A stretch of 64,000 nucleotides of DNA from Octopus sinensis. Its lineage: Eukaryota. The stretch spans positions 95,976,001 to 96,040,000 of the forward strand of contig NC_043001.1 of assembly GCF_006345805.1 (NCBI RefSeq), written 5' to 3'. Below the pieces are notes generated by a model. That model was not told the DNA's origin. It made no database searches and was given only the letters and a program-made list of their open reading frames with translations. Each line of letters begins with the position of its first letter. The first letter of the stretch is position 1. Shown here piece after piece: positions 1 through 12,400 of this stretch. The position numbers and the translations under genes are program-made.

Positions 1-359
1 AGCTTTAATAAAGCGTTTTTTTTCCTTTTTGGCGCTTCAGTGCAATGTTTGTGCGTATGCGTATTCATACAATACTTGACTATGTTAGAATAAGATAACA
101 AATTACTGTTTCAATAGAAGAGAAAACGACCAAAAAATCCAGTAAGAACAGAGTGAATGCATAAAACACAGAGAGATGTAGAGAAATAATACCATCAATG
201 TTCGTTGAATCAGGTTGAGGAAAACCAACTTGACATAGTCAGGAGAGAGGAAATAAGCATGATACCATAGAGAATCAGTGATGCTAATATGTGGAACGAA
301 TAAGAAATATTTAATGAAGTCAGTATGGTAAAATTGAGTGCTGAAGAAATAATTATCGT

Positions 360-1551
360 TTAGAAATAGATACAAAAGGGAAACTACGGGTTGAAAGATA
401 ACGGCAGTGCATATGGGAAGTGATACTACAAGACAAGAAATACAGCTGTCAGACGAATGTGAAAAGAATGGAGTAAATGTGAATTATGCAAAGACAAAGA
501 AGTTCAGCTGTTCGGTATTGCATTCTTCTCTGTCATGCTGAGAGACATCATGAACGACAAGATGTCAGTTTTAAGATTCTATAACCGGAAATTTCTTGTT
601 TTAAGATTCTATAACCGGATTCTTCCTTCGCATCTCTAATTACAAACATTATAAATCTAACACAACAACGTAGTACTCTTTCTGCATTCAACGACAAGTA
701 TACCGCTGCAAGTTGAATATTTACCTCCAATAAAATCTTTAGCAAAATTATAGGAACCTTTGCATCAAAGAGAAAGCAAAAACCATGTGAACACTGGTGG
801 ATATGCGAGAAATTCCTCATTGTTTTGATTCATTGCTGAAACAAATCCAACAAAATATGACTGAGGCCCGAAATCAATGTTATAGTATATGAAGCCGTGC
901 GATTGACAAAAGAAAGAGGATAATTCATCTCTGTTAACTACAAAGAACAGCTATGAAACTGATTTCAATGATGGATACCAGATGTTCTTGCAGTATTGGT
1001 TACAGATGAGCGATCACTACCACAGAACTGAAGCGGAGTGGTCATCCCATGGAATGCAGAGTGGCATCCCATTTCTTCTAATTCGGCCAATATTTGCTCA
1101 TGGTTTCCTACACACTTGAGAGTAGTGATAATTACAAAAAACAAAAATACTTGAAAATAGTATCAACTGAGAAACAATAAATATTTTCAAGGAACTTCAG
1201 AAAAAAAATACTTCACAAAATATTCGTTGGTATCCATCTTACCGGAGAAAGATTAGTTCGAGTGGATAACAGGTATATTTCAAATTTCAACGAGTATCTT
1301 CCAATGAAGTAAAGAATACACAGTAACTGAAAGACCTTTATTTGCTAAAGAATATAAAGTGCATCTGAAATCACGTGCACAAATATCAATGCTGTGTTTA
1401 TGTGATGATGAAAAACATTGGTAATGTGGACGTTAATGATGCATACCGCAATCACAATAGCGAAAGCAAATACGCTCCTTTAGATAACAGCAGAGCTCTG
1501 GAAGGAAAATGGCCCTTACGATCCAGGCGTGGCTCGAGAAGGAACAAACAA
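360..1551 (+). mobile_element. Highly degenerate RTE-like LINE 3' remnant
   Basis: Broken frames give ECEKNGVNVNYAKTK (like GLxINxxKTK after the RT core) and YEAVRLTKE (like YGxExWTLTK). Ends in GGCCCTTACGATCCAGGCGTGGCTCGAGAAGGAACAAACAA. Confidence 0.4.
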
Positions 1552-2409
1552 TAGACATAGATGTGTTTGTGTGTCCCAGTGCATATATGTCTGTATGTGT
1601 ATGTGTTCGTGTCTGTGCTTATTTATGTATATCATTGAAATGATACATGCTGAATTAGTTATATGACGAAACAACTTGAATTATCTACGATTTGTACATA
1701 TATAGACATTGTATATCATACAGTGTTGGGTGTAATTTCAGGTTAACGCCTACATACCACTGGCAAAACATTTTATTAGTGACAATTAACGAGTCGTCGA
1801 AGAAACTAGAACGAGAAAAACAAACAAAGAAAACAAAATTTCTAGATTTAGGTAATTTTGTAAATTATTGCCTATGTATGAGTTTGTATATCAGCAAAAG
1901 AATGTTATATAGGCTTTTTTTTTAATTTAAAGATATTATTCTCTAAGCTGCAAGATATTTCCTGGATTTCGGCGAATGCTTATCCATAGCATAAAGGCAC
2001 CACCTGAAATCCAAATTTCAACTTATACCAAATTATTCCCATTTTACTCGACATTCCGTTTGAACGATCGTTGCTGTCACTATTACATCTATACACACGG
2101 CCTCGAACTTCCACACAACCAATCTCTATAGTGTCACTATTTCCACTAATCTATTCCTGATTCTTATTGACACCACTAATCATACTAATGTTTGAAGTTG
2201 GTATTACCATGTCTGGTATTGTTTGCTATTCCTGTACCTAATATACCAATCATATTTCTGTTTCACACATATATGTTTATTTATCTCTTAGTTTACATCG
2301 TTATTTACCAATCTCACCATCTCCTATATATTGGCCCTATATCTGTGCAGCCAGTACATTTTTCCTCACTATTAGGAATATGTATATATGTATGTGTATA
2401 TATGTGTGT

Positions 2410-2468
2410 GTGTGAAATATACACATATATATATATATAAATATATTATATATATATATATATATTTG

Positions 2469-2533
<65 letters not shown>

Positions 2534-2545
2534 GTTTGTATATGT
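2410..2545. repeat. (TA)n/(TG)n compound microsatellite
   Basis: Direct reading. Confidence 0.95.
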
Positions 2546-2749
2546 AACTCTTTTGATGTTTATGCATGTTCTCTAATATTATTCCAGATTCATATATTCC
2601 CCTTTTCCTTTTTTCAGTGCAATAGTGTGCAATCGGTGATAATGGATGCCTCAAGCAAGACATGAGGACAAGAAAACTATATCATTCATAATTTCAAAAC
2701 TGGCAACGATTCTCATATGTATAAATTTATTATTAATAATTATTTCCCA

Positions 2750-2963
2750 TTTTTGCCACAAAGGCAGCTTGGGGGAGATGGGGGAGATGGGAGAGATGGG
2801 GGCGAATCCATTACATCACCACAAGTGTTCAACTGGTATTTATTTTATCGACATCTAAAGGATGAATGTTAAAGTCCGCCTGGTTGGAATTTGAATTCAG
2901 ACTGGGCGTAATGACGCTAAGCATTTCGTCCGGCGCGCTAACGGTTCTGTCAGCTCACCGCCT
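2750..2963 (-). mobile_element. SINE family A copy (A2-type tail)
   Basis: Reverse complement of the head GGCGGTGAGCTGACAGAACCGTTAG, a B-box-like GAATTCAAATTCC and the body shared with other A copies. Confidence 0.8.
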
Positions 2964-2979
2964 TATTTATTATTGATAA

Positions 2980-3178
2980 TCCTTTCTATTATAGACACAA
3001 AGCGTTAAATTGTGCGGAGGGGGAATAGTCGATTACATCGACCCTAGTGTGTCACTGGTACTTAATTTATCGATCCCGAAATGATGAAAGGGAAAATCGA
3101 CCTTGGCGGAATTTGAACTGAGAACGTAGCGACGAGAGAAATACCGCTAAGAATTTTGCCCGTCTTGCTAACGATTCT
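2980..3178 (-). mobile_element. SINE family A copy (A2-type tail), 5' end lost
   Basis: ATCGACCCTAGTGTGTCACTGGTACTTAATTTATCGATCCCGAAATGATGAAAGG...GGCGGAATTTGAACT body. Confidence 0.85.
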
Positions 3179-3394
3179 TATTTCTTTATTGTCCACAAGA
3201 AGCTAAACATAGAGGGGACAAGGAATACAATCGATAACATCGACCCCAGTGCGTACCTGGTAATTAATTTATCGACCCCGAAAGGATGAAAGTCAATGTG
3301 GACCTCGGCGGAATTTGAACTCACAACGTAACGCAGACGAAATACCGCTAAGCATTTCGCTCGGCTTGCTAATGATTCTGCTAGCTCGCTACCT
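3179..3394 (-). mobile_element. SINE family A copy (A1-type tail)
   Basis: TATTTCTTTATTGTCCACAAGAAGCTAAAC tail, shared body and head. Confidence 0.9.
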
Positions 3395-3534
3395 ATATTA
3401 TGGTTTGCATGCTCATTTTTACCACATTTGTTCAGCTTTAATCTCGATATCTTGTTAGATTTTTATTTATTATCAGAATTTCAAAGTAGTGTTCAATATG
3501 TTGGCGCCTTGAAGAAAGAATTCAATATATTATT

Positions 3535-4300
3535 TTATTTGTATTTGCATTTATAAAATCCTTTGCAAGGTGCACCTTTTCTTTTTAGCCGGACAGTGTG
3601 CATTTTACTGTAGTTTTCTAGGTAGATAATGCACTTCGCTCCCTTGATAAGTATAATATTTCTCTCAGACTTTGTATGGTGCACTGTAAATACATCATTA
3701 CTTTTCCTTGTTTGATGTATCAAAAATTCATCGTTCGATCACATTCACGTGACAATATTGTAAATATATAGCAAATAACTGCGAACACACTATTACTAAT
3801 TTTGTTATTCCTGTCTTTCAATCACCTTTTCGTTGATATCCTGCTGGGATCGTGTTGCGAGGTATGATCTATACTGCAAACTTTGGCATCTATCACCTTA
3901 ACTGTAGCCCCTGCTGCGCCAAGCACACAATCTTTCTGCAGAATAAGCAAATTCGTTTATATGCTCTTCAACATCAACCAGCCATGTACACTTCTGGACA
4001 TTTTTCTTTAGATTCTTCTTACAACGTTCTTGCTAATCTGTTAATGCTTCTAGATTCTTGAAAGTTCGAGTTTTACTGTTCTAGTACTTTCCTGCTTTAT
4101 TATGATACATTGACTTGGTGGTATGGTAATTTTTCCTGCTCTGTGTACTACAATATATGGTCGCGAATTATTTTTTTGCATCTACGTTTGAAATATTGTA
4201 CCCAGAACTAATTTTAAATGGTAGTTTTCAAGGACTTGATCCGTTTTGTGGTTACACAAATATTTTACGTACTCAAGATCATATATTTCCAAAGTACTTT
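3535..4300 (-). mobile_element. Degenerate R4/Dong-like (RLE) LINE C-terminal remnant
   Basis: Minus-strand fragments DAKVCSIDH..QH..PAG..KDRNNKI (decayed CCHC/RHN region) and HHTKSERNIILIKGAKCIIYLE (resembles the HNKPDI..KC.IID restriction-like endonuclease motif). Confidence 0.4.
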
Positions 4301-7300
4301 TGTAACAAATCCATTATGCCTTAACTTGTTATAAACTTTCTAAGCAAATATCTTACATTCAAAGACAATATCCAATCCACCACAGTTCTTTCAACACAAT
4401 CCTACAGATGAATTGTCTCCCTTTCTGTATATTTTTCCTGATATATCTTATTCCGATTGTCTACATCATTCCATTTCCAGTATGCATTCTATGAATTTCT
4501 TCAAAACTCTCTGATTTACCAAGTGAAATGGCATCCGATCTGATCACAATTGAATACTTTGAAAAAAGAAATGGAAATATTTTCAAAATATTCTTTTTAT
4601 ATTTTTCTTCGTATTGTTCATTTCCAATTGAGACCTGCATTGTTTCCATCCTTCAAGTAATATCACTTCTCTTACTGCTGTCAAAAGTATGCTCTCGATT
4701 CATGAGAAACTGCACCTACTTCCAGATAGTTTTCAAGACTGGTCTATTGAAATATAATGCTAGCAATTACCCGTGGTGTAATACTCTGCGCAATGTCAGC
4801 ATTCTTCCAATGTTCAGAAACCTTCCATTATTTCTCTTATAATTCCCTCCTCCGTCAACGAATATATCCCTTGAGTTTTCGCAGTAATAATTTCCAGATT
4901 AGTTTCTACAACACTCTATTCTATTACAATTCTTCTTTTGCTTTATGTATTGCATACTTACATTCATAAAATGTTTAGCTGTTTCCAACCTCCTCTTTCC
5001 TGAGGATCGAATGCTGAAACGGCCGTATTACTGTATCAAAACTTACAATTTTATCATCCAATTCATTTCCCTGTCTCCTTTTATTCGTAAATACGGTAGC
5101 AATATACTTAAACGTTTATAATAAAGATATTGTATGTATGTGTATAATGCAGTACAACTTGTACTAGATTGCATGCTGATTTAGTTATCGACAAATAAAT
5201 TAACAACCAATCAATGCTGGAGATCCTGGTAAATTGGGAAACCAAGAAAAATCAAGTCCCCGCGAGAGATGAAAACTTCCTAGTGTGTAATCCGTGCATA
5301 TCCAAATATGTTTCTGAAGGACATATTAAGAATCAAGATGACTACGGCGTATGATTATTAGCGAAAGCAGGTCCCTGAAATATAAACATAAAAATACGGT
5401 CGGAAATCCCATAAAGTCTTCGATTACATGTATTTTAATGCACAACAGTTTTTGCATGAACTTTCTTCTCATCATCTTTACATCTACCCACGTAGCTATA
5501 AGGAAGCTATTTCATTATTTTATAGGGGATATCATAGACGTTATCCAGGCTAAGTGCGGATTCAAATACTTATTTACAGTAATATATTTATTTTTTGCAT
5601 GTATTGTATAATCATGTATGGATTATTTGTTTGGGTGTTCTTCGCTAGCCTTAGATAAAGATCACGCAGATAGAAATCAAAGTATAATGAATTTCGAACA
5701 TATAATATTAGATTTAGATTCTCATAAACACTTCTCTTATTGTAAGGCTGACGCAGAAAAGCAGAATTTTAAAATGCATTCTAACAACTCAGATAATAAT
5801 AATGGAACAATTAACGCTTTTAATAAGTTCATTTCCATTTCATTATTTGACGAGACATTCTGTAACTATGCTGTTCATTATCGAAACAATGCCTTCTAGA
5901 AAATGGCTAATTGTGCAAAATACGCTGCGTACAGAACGGTGTCAACACTAAAAGAAAATGCAGAAATAGCAAACGACATAAGGCATAATATATTATCATT
6001 TCCGTATGACAAGTTCTATAATTTCATGTATTAAAATATTAAATATATGCGCTGCACCAAAAGCATTGCTCTTTTTCATAAGCAGTGTAACCAAAAGTTC
6101 CACGACTAACATATAAAACTCTGACCCTACATATAATTTCAGTAGCACTAAGTACAAACTTTCCGAATAAATTTCTATTTTTATTAAATTAGTTTATAGT
6201 AAAACGCATCTGGCAAGCAGGAGGAACGCAAAGACTATATATAATTCATACTGAACGTATTTTCAACAATGTTTCTTTCGAAATATGCGTATGTTGTGGC
6301 ACTTATAAAGAACTACCAACTTAATAGCGATAGTTCCTTCAGTTCCAAACAGAATATTATAATTATGAAATCGATTGCACTATTATAACATACGTTCTTT
6401 CACATTAACATAAATTACTCCCGAAGGTGTGATACTTGCCTTCAAACCTACGACATCCTATAACACTGTTTATAATGTACTAACAAAACGTTGTGTCTGG
6501 GGAATTGAACAGTCACTCCCATCCATATTTATTAAGGAAATTCCCATTACTGACTGGTTAGTGTACTTTATTACATATAAAACGGCTTCTCTGCTTCTTG
6601 AAAATATTCGCTGCCATCAATCAAAACTAAGCTTCCATCAACACTAGTCAGTTTCTTTCCAGGTGTGCCTTCTACTGTGAACCTACTAGGAATATGAAAA
6701 TATCACATATGTTGCATTACAAGTCCTACATATCAAAATTGCAAACTGAAAAGATGTACGTGATTTGCATTTGTTATATTGCCGCTTTCATTCCCTTGGT
6801 CTCTATTATTCCACAGAAAAAGGAAAATTTTCGAAAATATGTTTGTCGCTAGACTTACTGTTCAGAAGCAGTTTATAATTCCATTTGAATTCATCGGAGA
6901 TACATTAGGTAAAGTTTGATCTAGATACATACAGTAGAATGTGGGTAGTTTGTTCCAAATACGCATATGTTAGCAAAAATTGTTCCTCAATGATAGTTTG
7001 TTTCGAAATAGGATTTCGATTAAGTAGAGGTAACCATGTGAGAATAGTAAAGAATAAAACTATGTGTGCTAAAGTGGTCGTATAGGTCATGTCTAGATAG
7101 CATGTGGCAATATTTCAGGTGATGTCTAAACTGACTGGCACTTAAAACCAGTTGCATTTTATGCATTCTGTTTTCTTCGAATACTTTCAGATTAGGGGTT
7201 CTTCGTATAATCTAACGTAACAAAGATAATCCACAATTTTATGATAAAGACCTCCTGCTTATTTTTTGTTCCGAGATTTCTTCTATCAGTAATTTGGAAT

Positions 7301-7388
7301 GGTTAGAGCTCAGACGGATGTATAATACTTTATTTACCTTCCATAAGGTGTAGCGGTTAAGCCTGTTCATGATTGTGTTACTTAAATA

Positions 7389-7520
7389 CTCTTTTCTTAT
7401 CTAGGCACAAGGCCTGAAATTTGGGGGAAGGGGGCTAGTCGATTAGATCGACCCCAGCCCCAGTATACAAATGGTACTTAATTTATCGATCCCGAAAGGA
7501 TGAAAAGCAAAGTCGACCTT
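7389..7520 (-). mobile_element. SINE family A 3' half (A2 tail)
   Basis: CTAGGCACAAGGCCTGAAATTTGGGGGAAGGGGGCTAGTCGATTAGATCGACCCCAG...CCCGAAAGGATGAAAAGCAAAGTCGACC. Confidence 0.9.
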
Positions 7521-8148
7521 GATAGTAAATTTAATTTTAAATCTGAAAAGCATGCCAATCTGTCAATTGATATTTCGTTTCGTGCGGAAACTCATGATTT
7601 ATCAATTTACCAATCAGTCATTTCTATAATATTAATGAAATTGGGAGACAAATTTGATGAGGTCACGCTACACCACACTATCCGTGCTGGCTATCCATGT
7701 ACATTGAAATTTGGATTTCTACTCGTTTTCACATTGTGTTCCTCATTGCTTTAATTTTATTTTTCATTAGTTGTGTCTGTGTGGTAATAAATTTGTTTCC
7801 CAAACATATGATTTCAGCTTCGGTCCCACTGGATGGCATCTTGTACATACATACTTGCATACATAAATACAAACATAAATACATACATATGTGTTTGTGT
7901 GTGTTTGTCTGTATGTATGTGGAGGTGGGTGTATGGGTGAGAGAGAGGAAGAGAGACATAGAAAGAAGGATGGAGATAGCGTGTGCTTTACCTTAAGCAC
8001 TTATAAGTGTTTTAGTTTGCCTGATGAAATTAGCAAACTAGAAACCATTGACATGGCGTAAAGGTATTCGTCTTAGTTGTTAGTTATGATATGAAATTTC
8101 GACACTCTTTCTCATTCTAATGAGCACGGATTTGCAATTTTCAATGTA

Positions 8149-8317
8149 AGCACAGGAGTGGCAGTGTGGTAAGGAGCTTGCTTACCAACCACATGGTTCC
8201 AGGTTCAGTCTCACTGCGTGGCACCTTGGGTAAGTGTCTTCTGCTATAGCCTCGGGCCGAGCAAAGCGTTGTGAATGGATTTCGTAGACGGAAACTGAAA
8301 GAAGCATATCGTATTTA

Positions 8318-8363
<46 letters not shown>

Positions 8364-8550
8364 CGTCTGTGTTTGTCCCCCAACATCGCTTGACAACAAA
8401 TGCTGGTGTGTTTACGTCCCCGTAACCTAGAGGTTCGGCAAAAGAGACCGATAGAATAAGTACAAAGAATAAGTCCTGGGGTCGATTTACTCGACTAAAG
8501 GCGGTGCTTCAGCATGACCACAGTCGAATGACTGAAACAAGTAAAAGAAT
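8149..8550 (+). mobile_element. SINE family B, full length (tRNA-like head, CORE-like CCTTGGGTAAGTG, internal TA microsatellite, stem-loop tail)
   Basis: A box GTGGCAGTGTGG and B box GGTTCAGTCTC. Matches the copies at 14612, 22052, 28094 and 50065. Confidence 0.92.
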
Positions 8551-8701
8551 AGTTAATATGATAGGGAAGAGATGACCATAATTTGCGCTTATATTTATCT
8601 GAAGATCTTTTTCTTCTCCCTTTTGCCATAAAATTTGATTTGGGCAGATCCCGCTTCATTACCCTACTCGTATTCCAAACGAGGTCCGTAATATGTATAT
8701 A

Positions 8702-9045
8702 CGACGGGAATTCAACTATAATCTGCAATTTCGCCAAATGACATCTTGTTTATCGTCACACTGCCTTCTGCGCATTCGTCCTTATATATGGTATTATCGT
8801 GGTCAAGTGATCGAAGTTTCAGCTTGATCGCGCCATTTTTTTTCTGGCTTTACAGTGTAAGCATGACCGCCCCACTAGTAATGTGCACCACTGTAAAGTC
8901 GGAGAGGAAAATAGCACGAACAGACTCAAGCTTCGGTCAGGTGACCACAATAGTACCAACTATAAGCGCGCATGCGCAGAAGGGAGTTTGATAATAATAA
9001 AGATATGTTATGGCGAGAATATGGATAATTTTTGACTTCCTCTCG
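8702..9045. mobile_element. Mariner-type foldback MITE, 344 bp, TA target duplication
   Basis: Imperfect inverted arms 8702-8857 and 8889-9045 (CGACGGGAATTCAA / TTGACTTCCTCTCG; CTTTACAGTG / CACTGTAAAG), with TA at 8700-8701 and 9046-9047. Confidence 0.8.
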
Positions 9046-9239
9046 TAGCTCATAGGATGATGTATGTATATTCTGCAAGCAATTCCGAAAACGTGCCTAT
9101 TTGCCTTCTGAGAAGTTCATTTATATCTCACAATAAGAGGGTACGGACCTAGAAGTATATGCGTGTATAAGAACTTAGTGACAGGCACTGATAATTATAT
9201 ACATATACAGGTACAAACATTTATATACATGTAAATATT

Positions 9240-9257
9240 GATGCATACATGCACACG

Positions 9258-9297
<40 letters not shown>

Positions 9298-9410
9298 GAT
9301 GGAGAGAGAGAGAGATCTATACATACACACATACATGTATATGTATATACTTATATACACACACACACAAACACACACAAGCACATACAAACACACACAC
9401 ATATATATAT
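9240..9410. repeat. (CA)n/(TA)n/(GA)n compound microsatellite
   Basis: Direct reading. Confidence 0.9.
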
Positions 9411-12400
9411 AATTGAATAAGACAGAGCAGAGTCAACAAAAAGGAGTACGGACAGAGGGTTATTTAATAATCTCCACACATGTTTCCATACATAGATCTT
9501 ACATAGATCTACAGATAACGATCTTCATATATACAGGATTTATATTATGCAACGATTTACCTGTACAATGGAATCCAGTTGCATTTCTTCAGGTGATATA
9601 CAATTGCTGTCACCGTTAGTGACAAAACCTTCGATTTCGTTGCTAGCACATCCATCTGCCTCGTTCTGTATGTGTATGCATGTATTTCTGCATGTCTGCT
9701 GAGTATACATGCGATATTGTGCCTAGCTGACATTAGATATGGAAATATATGTGTTGTGATTTCGAATTCCATATCTAAGGGATAAAAAAATCATAGATAA
9801 GAGTGAGACGCTGAAATAAATGAAAGCAGTATCCAAGTGGCAAATTATTAGAAAATAACAAAATTAAAATATTTAGTGTTGTTCGAATTCTGACGATTAG
9901 TACTTGCGGTTCTGTGACATCGGATTTTTGAAACTAGTGAAAAACTCCCGTATTATTCCAGCGCCAAAATATTTTGGCGAGATCTATGTAGTCATCGAGG
10001 ATGAAAATGGCATTTCTTGACGGGTGTCGGAATTATTTTTATCTCCACTAAGCGTTTAATTTTTAACCCTCTGCATATTTTATGTAACATACGGTTGTTA
10101 CATATTTTTTTTCTAATTTATTCATTTATTTTACTTGCACATAATTTGAGACTTTGTGTTGACAGTGGTACATAAACAAGACAAATCCCATTAATTTTTG
10201 CCTCCGATCATGGCATATATTCCCAAAACTGAAATACAACTGTTTCCATATTATTTATTAATCGTCAGAGCTATGAAGTATTTGACTTATCTTCTCGGTA
10301 CGTTTATCAAACTAAGATGCTCTGAAAAGGAAATAACACAATGTTGTCTGCCGTTTAATTCTCTCCAAGACAACAAATCGAAGTCCAGTGAGTCCTATCC
10401 ATAGATTTCTCCGGTAACTCAATCCAGATTCTTTTACCGTTAATTGGAGTTCTTGCATTGCGCGTCTTAACCCATTTATCACCAGTTTTCTTTTTTACAT
10501 ATCGCCATGCGTTTTCCTTTATCCACACAATTATTTATGTCACAACTCTAGGTAAATAATACCTGCTGCTAAATGCGCTAAACAATAACCTGTATCAATG
10601 TAAAAATATTTCTTTATTATTTTCTGATGCAGGATATTATTAGCGTATATCTTTCTTAATACGTATGTTTCCGGTGATGACTGTCCACGAGGCAGCAATA
10701 TAAACCGTAAATTGATCCATTATTTCTATTATTACACCCAAACAATCTGTTTTACAATTTATATTTGTTTCCATTAGCTATATAGTTGTTCTACTGCATG
10801 TGGATGCAGGGGAAATATTTTAATTACATTTTATGTTTTCTTCGTGCAATATCCAGCTAGGTTTTGCCGTTGCTTCAGAGTTTTACATTGAAATTAATTC
10901 AAAATAACGGTTATTGTAATCAACAACAATTGCCTTAGGAGCCTTATAAATTTAAGTGCCTGTTTTAATTGGAAAGTAGTGGTTCATTTAGAATTTTCAG
11001 TAACGAAATTAGGAAGTAGAACACTCATTATCAAGAAATTTAACGCTGTTTTACAAATCCGTAAGAAATTGTTGTAATAAGTTCACGGTAGTTATTATTA
11101 TATATCATTTTACTTGGTTCGAATCGGATAAAAACGTCGTAGTGTTTCCAAAAGGTATAATTGTAATCTATTAAACTGAATCTAACATAATATCGAATAC
11201 AATATTAGGAGTACATCATCCAGCGTAATGAATATATCTTGTCAAATATTCAACAACCAAACGTCACCGCAGGTGCTAAACTTCGGTGGTTTTGTTTTGT
11301 GTTTACGTCCTCATAACTTTGTAGTTCTGCATCAGAGAACAATAGGATATGATCAAGGTTTTGAATTTATAATTACTGTTGTTTATTACCTCGAATAAAA
11401 GCCCTCAAGACGTTGGCCCATCACGGCTGCAGTCCAATGATTGAATCAAGGGAAGGCTACTGTACCTAGATCTTTTACGGATTCTTCTGATTTTGATATC
11501 CGTGCATTCGTGCAATTATATATAATTCTCTTTTTGTATTTCTCTTTCTTATAGGCAGCAAATTTCAGGCTTATAAGTACAAGGCTTCAAAGTTATGGGG
11601 TGGTCATTCATCAATTACATTGACTACAGTGTTCAATTGCTGCCTTTTAATCACTCTTTTAAAATGAATGGTTAAACTCAGACGGTAAATTGCGTGAAGA
11701 AAAATAGCTAAGAATTTGCGTTATATTTGTTACAGACAGCAATTCTACTAGCTTGACGAATTTGATGCATGTAATCCATTGACGTCCCTTTAATTGACAA
11801 CACTTATATACATCGATATTTGTCTGGTAAATTAAAAATATAATGAGTTATACTTGGCAATCTGATGAATCACATGTAGTAAGGGGTACAATCTCAGGGA
11901 GATCAAGTTTGTTAAAAGTACCACAAAAGTACTTGGGTGTGCGGTAGTCGTGTTGTAACAAGATATGTGGTTGTTAATTTGTATCCCAACAACCAGGGAG
12001 ATTTGGATCTTGGACAAAACACCGAGACTATCATTCCTCTGAGTGGCAGAGTATATTGAAAATTATCAAAACATTTTTCTTGACAAGGCAAAGTTTCGAG
12101 TGACAAGAAATATCGTTGACTCAGTTTGTTCCTAACAGGAAGAAGAAATAAAATTTAAACTTAAAAAATGTAATAAAATGAAGATAAAGATTTTGAGGTA
12201 AAGAAGAAGAGGTGCGTTGTCACTACCATTATTGAATTTTATTGAAACATTAGTACGATGCAATATATTTCTCGGGAGAAAGGAAATTATAATACAAATG
12301 TTTTATAATGCAATGTTGACGAGAATAACGTCAACGGCGACAATGACGTTCATAATGATATTGACTTTGACAACAGTGACGACAATGGCAACGACGATGA

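Noticed and set aside
568-619. 22-bp direct repeat with 30-bp period (GTTTTAAGATTCTATAACCGGA)
   Set aside because: A simple local tandem duplication inside a decayed LINE
4995-5032. Hammerhead-like CTGAGGA...GAAACGGCCGTA
   Set aside because: Core and palindrome are present, but neither stem I nor stem II pairs. At best a decayed remnant.
8012-8065. Hammerhead-like CTGATGA...GAAACC within the hairpin TAGTTTGC/GCAAACTA
   Set aside because: The inverted repeat encloses the core in a non-hammerhead topology and no stem I forms
8966-8978. GCGCATGCGC (NRF1-like) promoter motif
   Set aside because: It lies inside the arm of the foldback MITE, with no linked gene or CpG island
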